Shown here: positions 45,431-55,370 of the stretch, one piece after another
Layout: each line of letters starts with the position of its first letter
Numbering within the stretch: position 1 is the stretch's first letter
Assembly (NCBI GenBank): GCA_963762145.1
Contig: CAVXJS010000014.1
Location: 512,001-576,000, forward strand
DNA: 64,000 nucleotides
Origin: an uncultured Candidatus Rokubacteria bacterium
GTDB taxonomy: Bacteria; Methylomirabilota; Methylomirabilia; Rokubacteriales; CSP1-6
Direction of reading: 5' to 3'
The notes under the pieces: model-generated
Told to the model about the DNA's origin: nothing
Database searches by the model: none
What the model saw: only the letters and a program-made list of their open reading frames with translations
Made by a program: the position numbers and the translations under genes

Positions 45431-47871
45431 GCTTGGCCGCCTCGATCGTCCGCGCCGTCTCCCTGGCCTGCGCCGCCCTGCTCTGGCTGGGCATCGGCGC
45501 GCCGACGGCCCTGGCCGCCGGGCGCGAGCCCGACGCGAGCTCGACCGGTGCCGCCGGAAACGGAGCGGTCAAGAGCGTCCTGTGGCTCGCGGTTTCCCCG
45601 AGGCTGACTCCCGGGCTGCTGGCCCAGGAGCAGGTGTTCCGGGCGACGCTGAAGGCGGGGCTGCCCGAGGGGGTCACGGTCCACGCCGAGTATCTCGAGA
45701 TGACCATCGTCGACGACGAGGCGCTCGAGGAGGACGTGGTGAAGTACCTGGCGGCGAAGTACGCGCGAAAGAAGCTCGACCTCGTGGCCGTCGTCAACAG
45801 CCGAGGGCTGCGCTTCGTCGTGCGCCACCGCGACCGCCTGTTCCCCGCCGTGCCCGTGGCCTTCGGCGGGGTGGACCGGCGCGCGGCCGCCGACATCGCC
45901 CTCACCCCCGACGTCTCCGGCGCCTGGCTGCAGCTGGGCTGGGTGGGCACGCTCGACGCCGCGCGCCGGCTACAGCCGGACCTCGAGCAGGTGGTGGTGG
46001 TCACCGGCGCATCCGCCATCGACCGGAGCTGGGAGGCCACCGCGCGCGCTCAGCTCGAGCCCGCCCGGGGGACCCTGGCCATCATCTACATGGGCGGCCT
46101 GTCGATCGAGGCGGCCATGGAGCGGGTAGCCGCGCTGCCCGCCCGGACCGCGGTGCTCCTGGGCGCCTTCCTGCGCGACGGAGCCGGCCGCGATTTCCTC
46201 GGTCCGGAGATCGTCGGTCGCTTGACCTCGGTCTCGGCCGTCCCCGTCTATGGGATCAGCGACACGTTCATCGGCCACGGGGTGGTCGGCGGACACGTCG
46301 TGAGCTGGGAGGGCCAAGGGCGTCGGCAGGCCGAGATTGGAATCCAGCTCCTGCGGGGAGAGCGCCCGGGTCCGGACGAGACGGGGATGAACGCCTACCG
46401 CTTCGATGCCCGCCAGCTGCGCCGCCTCAACCTGGACCCACGCCGGCTTCCGCCGGGCAGCGTCCTCCTCTTCGAGGAGCCGTCGGTGTGGCAGCAGTAC
46501 CGCGTCTTCATCGTGGGCGCGGCGATCCTGCTCGCGCTGCAGAGCTGGCTCATCGTGGGCCTGCTCGCCAGCCGGGCCCAGCGGCGGGGCGCCCAGGCCG
46601 CGCTCGCGGAGCAGCTGCGGTTCGAGACGCTCGTCTCGAAGGTCCTGACCACGCTCATGACGTCGCCCCACGAGGCCGAGACTCCGGTGGAGCGGGCGCT
46701 GGCCCTGATCGGGGCCGAGCTGGACGTGGACCACGTCCTGCTCGCGGAGCGGAATCCGGCGCGGCGCGCGGCGGACGTCACGCACGCCTGGATCCGCGAC
46801 GGGCTTGGCCCGCTGCCGCCGTGGATCGAGTGGAGCGCGTTTCCGCGGATGGCCCGCCACCTGGGGGAGAAGCGGGCGGTGATCGTGTCGCCCCGGCATC
46901 CCCTGCCCGCGACGGCGGAGACGGATCGCCAGAGCATGCGCGCGATGCGCATGCGCTCGCTCCTCGCGGTCCCGCTGATCCTGGAAGGCACCGCGGCGGG
47001 CTTCCTGAGCCTGGCGACGGTGCGCACCGCGCGGGAGTGGCCCCACGAGCTGGTCGAGCGGTGCCGGCTCCTCGCGGAGGTCTTCGTCAACACGATGGCG
47101 CGTCGCCGCGCGGAGGCCGCGGTCCTCGTCGCCGAGGAGCGCTTCCGGCGCCAGCGGGAGGAGCTGGCTCACGCCCTGCGCGTGAACACCCTGGGGGAGT
47201 TCGGCGTCTCGCTGGCCCACGAGATCAACCAGCCGCTGACCGCCATCACCCTCAACGCGCGCGCCATGGCCGGGCTGCTCACGGGCGGCCCCGCCGAGCG
47301 GGCCAGCGCGGCCGAGGCGCTCGCCGACATCGCGGCCGACGCCCAGCGCGCGAGCGCGACGATCGCCCGGATCCGCGCCCTCTCGCGCCGGGAGCACGCG
47401 CCGAAGGAAGGGCTCAATCTGGACGCGCTGATCGACGAGGTGACCGGCCTCCTCCGGCCGGATTTCGCGCGGCGGCGCATCGCGGTGGGTCGTGTGTCCG
47501 AGCCCGAGCTGCCCTCGGTGTTCGGCGATCCCATCCAGCTGCAGCAGGTCTTCCTGAACGTGCTCATGAACGCGAGCGAGGCCATCAACGACAGTGGCGC
47601 GCCCGACCGCCGCGTCACCGTCGTGTCCACCAGCCCGGCTCCCGGCCTGGTGGAGATCGCCGTCGCGGACACCGGCGGCGGCGCCAAGGACCTGGATCTC
47701 GAGCACATGTTCGAGAGCTTCGTCACGACCAAGCCGGGAGGCCTCGGCATGGGGCTGGCCATCAGCCGGTCCATCGTCGAGGCGCACGGCGGACGAATCT
47801 ACGCCAAGGCCAATGCCGACCACGGCCTCACCGTGCACGTCGAGCTGCCCGTGCTGGGGGCGCGCGGCTGA
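45427..47871 (+). CDS. Membrane sensor histidine kinase (periplasmic binding-protein-like sensor, GAF, HisKA, HATPase)
   Basis: LAHEINQPL, QQVFLNVLMNA, DTGGG, F.TTKPGGLGMGL. GTG 45427 overlaps the E1b stop. Confidence 0.9.
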   Translation: MSLAASIVRAVSLACAALLWLGIGAPTALAAGREPDASSTGAAGNGAVKSVLWLAVSPRLTPGLLAQEQVFRATLKAGLPEGVTVHAEYLEMTIVDDEALEEDVVKYLAAKYARKKLDLVAVVNSRGLRFVVRHRDRLFPAVPVAFGGVDRRAAADIALTPDVSGAWLQLGWVGTLDAARRLQPDLEQVVVVTGASAIDRSWEATARAQLEPARGTLAIIYMGGLSIEAAMERVAALPARTAVLLGAFLRDGAGRDFLGPEIVGRLTSVSAVPVYGISDTFIGHGVVGGHVVSWEGQGRRQAEIGIQLLRGERPGPDETGMNAYRFDARQLRRLNLDPRRLPPGSVLLFEEPSVWQQYRVFIVGAAILLALQSWLIVGLLASRAQRRGAQAALAEQLRFETLVSKVLTTLMTSPHEAETPVERALALIGAELDVDHVLLAERNPARRAADVTHAWIRDGLGPLPPWIEWSAFPRMARHLGEKRAVIVSPRHPLPATAETDRQSMRAMRMRSLLAVPLILEGTAAGFLSLATVRTAREWPHELVERCRLLAEVFVNTMARRRAEAAVLVAEERFRRQREELAHALRVNTLGEFGVSLAHEINQPLTAITLNARAMAGLLTGGPAERASAAEALADIAADAQRASATIARIRALSRREHAPKEGLNLDALIDEVTGLLRPDFARRRIAVGRVSEPELPSVFGDPIQLQQVFLNVLMNASEAINDSGAPDRRVTVVSTSPAPGLVEIAVADTGGGAKDLDLEHMFESFVTTKPGGLGMGLAISRSIVEAHGGRIYAKANADHGLTVHVELPVLGARG

Positions 47872-49197
47872 TGCCCACCACCGTGATCATGCCCGCGCTC
47901 GAGCTGGCGCAGGAGACCGGCAAGGTCCTGCGCTGGATCAAGGCGCCGGGCGACACCGTGCGAAAGGGCGAGCCCCTCCTCGAGATCGAGACCGACAAGG
48001 TCACCGTCGAGATCGAGGCTCCCGCCTCGGGCGTCCTGACCAGCGTCACCGCGCAGGAAGGCGACGTCGTCCCGGTCGGCCAGACCATCGCCCTCATCGC
48101 CGCAGCGGGCGAAGCCCCCTACTCCCTTCCACCCTCTCCCCTCCGGGGAGAGGGCAGGGTGAGGGGCTAAGAGGTGAGGGGCCCGCGGTGAGGGCGGGAC
48201 CGTGAAGGCCTCCCCGCTGGCCCGCCGCATCGCGGAGGAGCACGGCGTGGACCTCTCGAGCATCAAGACCTCGACGGGCAAGATCGAGAAGGCCGACGTG
48301 CTCGCGTTCGTGGAGAGCCGGAAGCCGGCGGCGGCCAACGGCGCGGCGACGGGGCAACTGATCGCGGCGTCTCCGAAGGCGCGGCGGCTGGCGGCGGAGC
48401 GCGGGGTGGACCTGCGCGCGGTGCGCGGGTCGGGGCCGGGGGGCGCCGTGCTGGTGGCGGATGTTCCGGCGGTTGCCGCACCTGCACCCCTCACCACCGG
48501 ACCCCTGACCTCACCCTCTCCCCAGAGGGGAGAGGGTGTGAGCACGGTGTGGCGGATCATGGCGGAGCGGATGACCGCGTCGTGGACGACGGCGCCGCAC
48601 TTCTACCTGGTGCGGGAGGTCAACGTGGCGCGCCTGGTCGCGTGGCAGGCGACGGCGCGCAAGCAGACCGGGGCGCACATCACGTACTCGGACCTGCTCG
48701 TGAAGCTGGTCGCCGCGACGCTGGCCCAGCACCCGCGGGTCAACGTGTCGTGGAAGGACGGCGCGCTCGAGCGGCACGCCGAGATCAACATCGGCCTCGC
48801 GGTCGCGCTGGAGGACGGCCTGGTGGTGCCGGTGATCGCGCGGGCCGACACGCTCGGCCTCAAGGACATCGCGGCCCGCCGCGAGGACCTGGTGGCGCGC
48901 GCCCAGGCCGGCAAGCTGCGCCCGGCGGACATCCAGGGCGGGGTGTTCACGATCAGCAATCTCGGCATGTACGGGGTGGATGCCTTCAGCGCCATCGTCA
49001 ACCCGCCGCAGGCCGCGATCCTGGCGGTCGGCCGCATCGCCGACCGCGTGGTGCCGGTCAACGGGCAGCCCGCCGTGCAGCCGACCATGACGCTCACGCT
49101 GTCCTGCGACCACCGTGCCCTCGACGGCGCCCGCGGCGCCCAGTTCCTGGGAGCCCTCGCGGACCTGATCGAGGAGCCCCTGGCCCTCCTCACCTGA
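47871..49197 (+). CDS. Dihydrolipoamide acyltransferase E2, interrupted (frameshift and stop) in its first linker
   Basis: Lipoyl domain with ETDK (47871-48170); two E3-binding domains (ASPLARR, ASPKARR) and a catalytic domain (TISNLG, DHRALDG) in a different frame from 48202. Confidence 0.88.
48132..48195. repeat. Family-B palindrome in E2 linker 1, followed by GGTGAGGG tandem copies
   Basis: CCCTCTCCCC-tcc-GGGGAGAGGGCAGGGTGAGGGG, then two further GGTGAGGG units. Confidence 0.85.
48487..48536. repeat. Family-B palindrome translated in frame in E2 linker 2 (PLTTGPLTSPSPQRGEG)
   Basis: Near-copy of intergenic 30315-30364. Confidence 0.88.
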
Positions 49198-49210
49198 GAC
49201 CGGACACCCC

Positions 49211-50518
49211 ATGCCCCTGACCGACCGCTACGGCTTGCCCGTCACCACGTCGTCGTCCACCGCCTTCGACCGGTTCCAGGAGGGCGTGGACGACCTGCTG
49301 GCCTACGGCCCCGGCGCGGAGGAGCGCTTCGCGGCCGCGCTCGCCGCCGACGAGCGGCTGGCGCTGGCGCACGTGGGACAGGCACTCCTCGCGGCGGTGC
49401 AGGGGGACGCGGCGGCCGCCCGGGCCGCGAGCGCGCGCGCGAGCCAGACGGTGGACGGCGCCACGCGGCGGGAGCGCCAGCACGTCCTGGCGGTGAGCGC
49501 GTTCATCGCGGGCGAGACCGCGCGCGGCCTCGCGCTGGTGGACGAGCACGTGAAGGAGTTTCCGCGCGACGCGATGCTCGTGAACCAGGCGAGCAGCGCG
49601 ATCGCGCTGGCCGGGCGGAGCGACCGCGAGGCGCACCGCGTGGCCTTTCTCGAGGGCCTGGCCCCCGCCTACGGGGACGACTGGTGGTTCCAGTCCGCAC
49701 TCGCCTTCACCTACCACGAGGTGGACCGCTTCGACGAGTCGCGCCGGCTCTCCCAGGCCTCGCTCGACCAGTATCCCCGCAACGCGAGCGCGGCCCACAA
49801 CCTGGCCCACATCGCCTTCGAGACGCTCGACATCCAGGCCGGCTCAGCATTCCTCGACGACTGGATGGCCGGCTATGACCGGCGCGCCCACTTCCACTGC
49901 CACCTCGCGTGGCACCAGGCGATGTTCGCGCTGCACGAGCGCCGCTACGCGCAGGCGCTCGAGCTGTTCGAGCGCGAGATCCTGCCCGCGAGCAATCCGC
50001 GCTCCACCATGACCGACGGCACCGCGCTGCTCTGGCGCGTGCGCCTCGACGGGGCGAGCCCGGCCGCGCTGCCGTGGCGGGCCCTCGCCGACATCGCGGG
50101 ACGGGTCTCGCGGCCCGGCTACCTCTTCGGCGAGTGCCACGCCGCGCTGGCCTACGCCGCGTGCGGTGACGAGGCGGCCCTGACCAAGATGATGGACGGC
50201 CTGCGGGCGCTCGACGCCAAGGGCAATCCGATCGCGGGCCGCGTCGTGCTGCCGCTCGTGCAGGGGACGGCCGCGTTCGCGGCGGGCGACCACGCCGGCG
50301 CGCTGGCCCACTTCGAGCCGGTGGAGGTCGAGATGCACCGCATCGGCGGCAGCCACGCCCAGTGGGAGCTCTTCGAGGAGACCATGGTGGTGTGCTACCT
50401 CGAGCTCGCGCGCTACGACGACGCCCTGCGCCTCGTGCGCCGGCGCCTGGCGCGGCGCGCTTCGCCGCGGGACCAGAAGTGGCTCGCGCGGGCTAGCGCC
50501 CGCGGCGCGGCGGCGTGA
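49211..50518 (+). CDS. Tetratricopeptide-repeat protein (TTC38-like)
   Basis: DRYGLPVTT, AAHNLAH, HCHLAWH, IGGSHAQWELF. Confidence 0.82.
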   Translation: MPLTDRYGLPVTTSSSTAFDRFQEGVDDLLAYGPGAEERFAAALAADERLALAHVGQALLAAVQGDAAAARAASARASQTVDGATRRERQHVLAVSAFIAGETARGLALVDEHVKEFPRDAMLVNQASSAIALAGRSDREAHRVAFLEGLAPAYGDDWWFQSALAFTYHEVDRFDESRRLSQASLDQYPRNASAAHNLAHIAFETLDIQAGSAFLDDWMAGYDRRAHFHCHLAWHQAMFALHERRYAQALELFEREILPASNPRSTMTDGTALLWRVRLDGASPAALPWRALADIAGRVSRPGYLFGECHAALAYAACGDEAALTKMMDGLRALDAKGNPIAGRVVLPLVQGTAAFAAGDHAGALAHFEPVEVEMHRIGGSHAQWELFEETMVVCYLELARYDDALRLVRRRLARRASPRDQKWLARASARGAAA

Positions 50519-50535
50519 TGAGTGGCCGGGCGCAG

Positions 50536-50566
50536 CCCCTCACCCCGACCCCTTGAGGGGAGAGGG
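50536..50566. repeat. Degenerate family-B palindrome
   Basis: CCCCTCACCCCGACCCCTTGAGGGGAGAGGG. Confidence 0.6.
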
Positions 50567-50580
50567 AGGAAGAGAGACGA

Positions 50581-51057
50581 ATGGCCAAGCTGACGCTCAA
50601 GGTGAACGGGACGAGTCGGGAGGTCGAGTCGGACGATCCCGACATCCCGCTCCTCTACGTGCTGCGGGGGGATCTCGGGCTGACCGGCACCCACTTCGGC
50701 TGCGGGCTCGCCCAGTGCGGCGCGTGCACGGTGCTGGTCAATGGCCGCGCGGTGCGCTCGTGCATCGCGCCGGCGCAGTCGGTGGCCGGGCAGGACGTGG
50801 TGACCATCGAGGGCCTGGGCTCGCCCGAGCGGCCCGATCCGCTCCAGGCCGCGTTCATCGCCGAGCAGGCCGCCCAGTGCGGCTACTGCACCGCGGGCAT
50901 GGTGATGAGCGCGCGCGCCCTGCTGGTCCAGACGCCGCGGCCGAGCGAGACGCAGGTGCGCGAGGCGCTGGCCGGCAACCTGTGCCGCTGCGGCAGCCAC
51001 GCTCGCGTGATCCGCGCGGTGCTCCGCGCGGCCGCCGCGAAGCCGGGGGCGCGGTGA
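50581..51057 (+). CDS. (2Fe-2S)-binding small subunit of a xanthine-oxidase-family enzyme (CoxS/IorA-like)
   Basis: GCGLAQCGAC, QCGYC, NLCRCG. Confidence 0.95.
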   Translation: MAKLTLKVNGTSREVESDDPDIPLLYVLRGDLGLTGTHFGCGLAQCGACTVLVNGRAVRSCIAPAQSVAGQDVVTIEGLGSPERPDPLQAAFIAEQAAQCGYCTAGMVMSARALLVQTPRPSETQVREALAGNLCRCGSHARVIRAVLRAAAAKPGAR

Positions 51058-53292
51058 TGGCCGCGCGCGTCTCCCGGCGGAGCTTCCTCGCCGCGGGCGG
51101 GGTGTTGATCGTGGGACTCGGGCTCGACGGGCTCGGCCGGGCCGGCGCGCAGTCCATCCCCGACGCGGACCGCTTCCTCGGGAAGTCCCTCGCCCCCGAC
51201 GCGGTGGACTCGTTCCTGGCCGTGCACCGCGACGGCTCCGTCACCATCTTCGTCGGCCGGGTGGATCTCGGCACCGGCGGGCGCATCGCGATGCGTCAGC
51301 TCGCGGGCGAGGAGCTGGACATCCCGCTCGAGCGCATCGCGATGATCGAGGGCGATACCGCACTCACGCCCAACCAGGGCGGGACCGGCGGCAGCTACGG
51401 CATCGCCCGCGGCGGCTCCCAGCTCCGCCTGGCCGCCGCGACCGCGCGCCGGGGCTCGTCGACCTGGCCGCGCAGCGCCTGGGCCGGCCCGCCGGCGATC
51501 TCGAGGTCGCCGACGGCGTGGTGCGGGGCAAGGACGGCACCGGGTCGGTGAGCTACGGCGAGCTGATCGGCGATCGCGCGCTGAATCTGAAGGTGGACCA
51601 GGCGGCGCCGCTCAAATCCCACGACCGCTTCCGCTTCATCGGCAAGTCGCTGCCCCGGCCGGATCTGCCCGCGAAGATCACCGGGCACCACCGCTACCTC
51701 CAAGACCTGGTGCTGCCCGGACATGCTCCACGCCCGGGTGATCCGCCCGCCCGCGTTCGGCGCCACGCTGGTCTCGGTCGACGAATCGTCGATCGCCGCC
51801 ATCGGGGGCGCCCGCGTGGTGCGGATCCAGAGCTTCCTCGCGGTGGTCGCCGAGCGCGAGTGGGACGCGCTGCGGGCGGCGCGCGCGCTCAAGACCCAGT
51901 GGAGCGGCGGGCACCGGTCTGCCGGATCATGCCAAGGAGTTCGAGGCGATGCGGACGAGCCGGGTTGTCCGTGACCAGGAGGTCGCCAGGAAGGGCGATC
52001 TCGCGGCCCTGAGCGCGCCGCCGGCCGGGACGCGCACGCTCGCCGCCTCCTATCGCTGGCCCATGCAGACCCACGGCTCCATCGGGCCGTCCTGCGGCGT
52101 GGCCGACGTGCGGGCCGATCGCGTCACGGTGTGGACCTCGTCCCAGAACGTGCACGGCTTCCAGGGCACGTGCGCCCGGGTGCTCGGCGTCGAGCGCGAC
52201 CGCGTGCGCGTCATCTACATCGACGGCTCGGGCTCCTACGGTCCCAACGGGGCCGACGACGCGGCTGCGGAGGCGGCGCTCCTTTCCAAGGCCGTCGGCC
52301 GGCCGGTACGGGTGCAGTGGAGCCGGCAGGAGGAGCACGGGCTCGATCCCAAGGGCCCGGCCCAGCTTCTCGACCTGCGCGCCGCGGTGGACAAGGACGG
52401 CGAGGTGGCCGCGTGGGAGACGCAGGCGTGGCTGCCCATCGCCACCGCCAACCTGCCGAACATCCCGCTCCTGGCCCTGGACGCGGCGGGCATCCAGCAG
52501 ACGCAGGGCCGCTCCACCGGCCTGATCTACCAGAACGTGGACCCGCCCTACGCGATGCCCAACCTGAACGCGGTCGTGCACTGGCTGCCGGACGCGCCGC
52601 TCCGCACCTCGGCGCTCCGCGCGCCCGGCAAGATCGCCAATACCTTCGCGGTGGAGTCGTTCACCGACGAGATCGCCGCGCTGGCCCGCGTGGACCCGCT
52701 GGAGTTCCGGGTACGCCGGCTCTCCAATCCGCGCGGGCTCGAGGTGCTGCGCCGGCTCGCCGCGCGCATGGGCTGGCAGCCGCGGCCGTCACCCCGACCG
52801 GTCGACCGTCGGGCGGCCGTGCTCACCGGCCGCGGCCTCGCCTACGTGCACTACAAGCACGAGGAGACGATCGTGGCGATGGGCATGGAGGTGGCGGTGG
52901 AGCGCGCCACCGGGCGCATCCGGGTGACGCGGGTGGTGTGCGCGCACGACTGCGGGCTCATGATCAACCCCGACTGCGTGCAGGCCCAGCTCGAGGGCAA
53001 CATCCTCCAGACCCTCTCGCGCTCCCTGCACGAGGAAGTGGTCTACGATCGGGACCGCGTCACCAGCGTGGACTGGGGCTCGTACCCGATCCTCACGTTT
53101 CCGGAAGTGCCCAGGCTCGAGTTCGAGCTGATCCAGCGGCTCGACCAGCCCCCGCTCGGGGCGGGGGAGGCGGCCTCCACGCCGGTGCCGGCCGCGCTCG
53201 GCAACGCGGTGTTCGACGCGACCGGGGTGCGGCTGCGCACGGTACCGTTCCGGCCCGAGCGGATGAAGGCCGCGCTGGAGGGCCGCTCATGA
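51057..53292 (+). CDS. Molybdopterin-binding large subunit (IorB/nicotinate-dehydrogenase-like) with a Tat motif; three frameshifts
   Basis: SRRSFL Tat motif; GRVDLGTG, GDTALTP, MLHARVIRPP, DCGLMINPD, GAGE, GVRLRTVPF. Spread over frames that switch near 51453, 51721 and 51910. Confidence 0.82.
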
Positions 53293-54119
53293 TCGAGGTG
53301 CGACGCCTGGGCCCGCAGATCGGCGCCGAGATCCTGGGCGTCGACGTCCGGACGCTCGACGACGCGGGATTCGCGACGATCTATCGCGCGTGGCTCGACC
53401 ACAACGTGACGGTGGTGCCGGGGCAGGACCTCGCGCTCGACGACTTCGTGACCTACAGCCGCCGCTTCGGCCAGGTCGTCCCGCATCCGTCGAAGATGAC
53501 GCGCCACCCGGAGCGGCCCGAGGTCACCCTGCTCGGCGTCAACAAGTTCGGCGCCGACGGCGCGCTCGACATGGCGATCTACCGCCGCGGCGCCGAGGGC
53601 TGGCACACCGACGGCGCCTACGACGAGGTGCCGTTCAAGGCGACCCAGCTCTACGCCCTCGCGGTGCCGAGCCGCGGCGGCGACACGCACTTCGCCAGCA
53701 TGTACGCCGCCTACGACGCGCTGCCGCCGCGGTTGAAGGAGCGCCTGGAAGGCCGCAAGGGCGCCTTCACCTACGGGGGCCGCAAGAAGGCGACCGCGCT
53801 GCTGAACGCGGAGGACCGCGACTGGACCCCGGTCTTCCACCCGATCATCCGCACGCACCCGGAGACCGGCCGCAAGGGCCTCTACTTCGACCCGGGCAAG
53901 ATCCTGCATATAGAGGGACTCGAGCCGGCGGAGAGCGACGCGCTGATCGACGAGCTGACCGAGCGCATGATCCAGCCCGAGGGCCAGTACACGCACCAAT
54001 GGCGCAAGGGCGACATCGTGATCTGGGACAACCGCTGCTCGTACCACAAGGCGGCCGGCGACTATCCGCCGGAGGAAGACCGCATCCACTGGCGCGTATC
54101 GATCAAGGAGCGGACATGA
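53289..54119 (+). CDS. TauD/TfdA Fe(II)/2-oxoglutarate dioxygenase
   Basis: WHTD, GGDTHF, HPIIRTHPETGRK, WDNR..YH, R. Confidence 0.93.
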   Translation: MIEVRRLGPQIGAEILGVDVRTLDDAGFATIYRAWLDHNVTVVPGQDLALDDFVTYSRRFGQVVPHPSKMTRHPERPEVTLLGVNKFGADGALDMAIYRRGAEGWHTDGAYDEVPFKATQLYALAVPSRGGDTHFASMYAAYDALPPRLKERLEGRKGAFTYGGRKKATALLNAEDRDWTPVFHPIIRTHPETGRKGLYFDPGKILHIEGLEPAESDALIDELTERMIQPEGQYTHQWRKGDIVIWDNRCSYHKAAGDYPPEEDRIHWRVSIKERT

Positions 54120-54832
54120 ACGTCGTCGCGCGAATGCTCACGCAGGAGGAGGACGGCATCCCCGGCTACATGGCGCATCCGGAGGGCCCCGGGCAGCGGC
54201 CGGGTATCCTGATGGTCCACCACGCCCACGGGGTCACCGCGGACTACAAGATCGACGCCTATCGTCTCGCGTGCCTCGGCTTCAACGTGCTCGCGCCGGA
54301 CCTCTTCAACATGTTCGGCATCGCGGGTACCACCCACATCGGCATGGGCGCGGATCTGCAGGCCAAGCACGGCGACGACGAGTTCCTGGGCAAGATGGAC
54401 GAGGCGTGGCGCTACCTGATCGACCGCATGCGCACCGATCCCGCGCGCACCGGCTGCATCGGCCACTGCATGGGCGGGCGGCTGCTGATCCCCTTCGCGG
54501 CCGATCACCCGTCGGTGAAGGCGATCGTGCTCTACTACCCCTCGGTGCGCGACGAGCCCGAGACCTCGCACCGGCCCCGGCACGCCTTCCACCTGGCCAG
54601 GACGCTCCAGTGCGCCTCGCTGGTCTTCGCGGCGGGCCAGGACTACATCGCCACGCCGGCCATCCAGGGCCCGCTCTGGCAGAGCTTCATCGCCAATGGC
54701 AAGCTCGTGGAGTGGCACTTCTTCTCCGACGCCAACCACGGCTTCCGCCACCCGGACAACGCGGGCTTCCAGCCCTACTACGCGGATCTCAGCTGGCCCC
54801 TGACCACGAGCTTCCTGCAGCGCACCGTCTGA
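54116..54832 (+). CDS. Dienelactone hydrolase family protein
   Basis: LAPDLF, nucleophile motif GHCMGG, ANHGF. Confidence 0.9.
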   Translation: MNVVARMLTQEEDGIPGYMAHPEGPGQRPGILMVHHAHGVTADYKIDAYRLACLGFNVLAPDLFNMFGIAGTTHIGMGADLQAKHGDDEFLGKMDEAWRYLIDRMRTDPARTGCIGHCMGGRLLIPFAADHPSVKAIVLYYPSVRDEPETSHRPRHAFHLARTLQCASLVFAAGQDYIATPAIQGPLWQSFIANGKLVEWHFFSDANHGFRHPDNAGFQPYYADLSWPLTTSFLQRTV

Positions 54833-54852
54833 TCGCAAAGAGGAGATCGACA

Positions 54853-55278
54853 ATGAGCGAGCCCAAGCAGAAGTTCAGCGCGAGCCTGGCCAAGGACGCC
54901 GTCTACCAGCAGGGCCTCCGCAGCTTCATGGAGTACCGGGACCTCGGTATCGCGGACGCCACCCACGGCAAGATGCGCGCCCACATCGTCCGCGTGAAGC
55001 AGGGCGGCGACACCCACGACCTGCACACCACGGGTCTCCACAAGCACGAGTGCGACTTCCAGATGTTCTACGTGCTCAAGGGCACGATCAAGTTCGTCTA
55101 CGAGGGCGTGGGCGAGCGCACCTTCGGGCCCGGCGACTGCGTGCTCCAGCCCGCTGGCATCGTCCACAACGAGCTCGAGTGCACCGACGACCTCGAAATT
55201 CTGGAGATCTACTCCCCCGCGGTGCACCCGACGGTTGCGGTCGAGAAGATGCCCGAGGTCGTGGCCGCCGCTCACTAG
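54853..55278 (+). CDS. Cupin-domain protein
   Basis: GLRSFMEYRDLG, HKHECDFQMFYVLKG, QPAGIVHNE. SD GAGGAG. Confidence 0.9.
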   Translation: MSEPKQKFSASLAKDAVYQQGLRSFMEYRDLGIADATHGKMRAHIVRVKQGGDTHDLHTTGLHKHECDFQMFYVLKGTIKFVYEGVGERTFGPGDCVLQPAGIVHNELECTDDLEILEIYSPAVHPTVAVEKMPEVVAAAH

Positions 55279-55290
55279 ACTCCCGCTTCT

Positions 55291-55330
55291 CCCTCTCCCC
55301 CTAAAGGGGGGAGAGGGTAGGGTGAGGGGG
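55291..55330. repeat. Family-B palindrome (reverse orientation)
   Basis: CCCTCTCCCCC-taaag-GGGGGAGAGGGTAGGGTGAGGGGG. Confidence 0.88.
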
Positions 55331-55370
55331 GTCGCTCTCGAACGGATCACAGCGAGGCCCGAGGCCAACC

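Noticed and set aside
48168-48177. Stop codons in the E2 linker as Sec or read-through sites
   Set aside because: The in-frame stop is TAA, the downstream part is in another frame, and the position is a non-catalytic linker.
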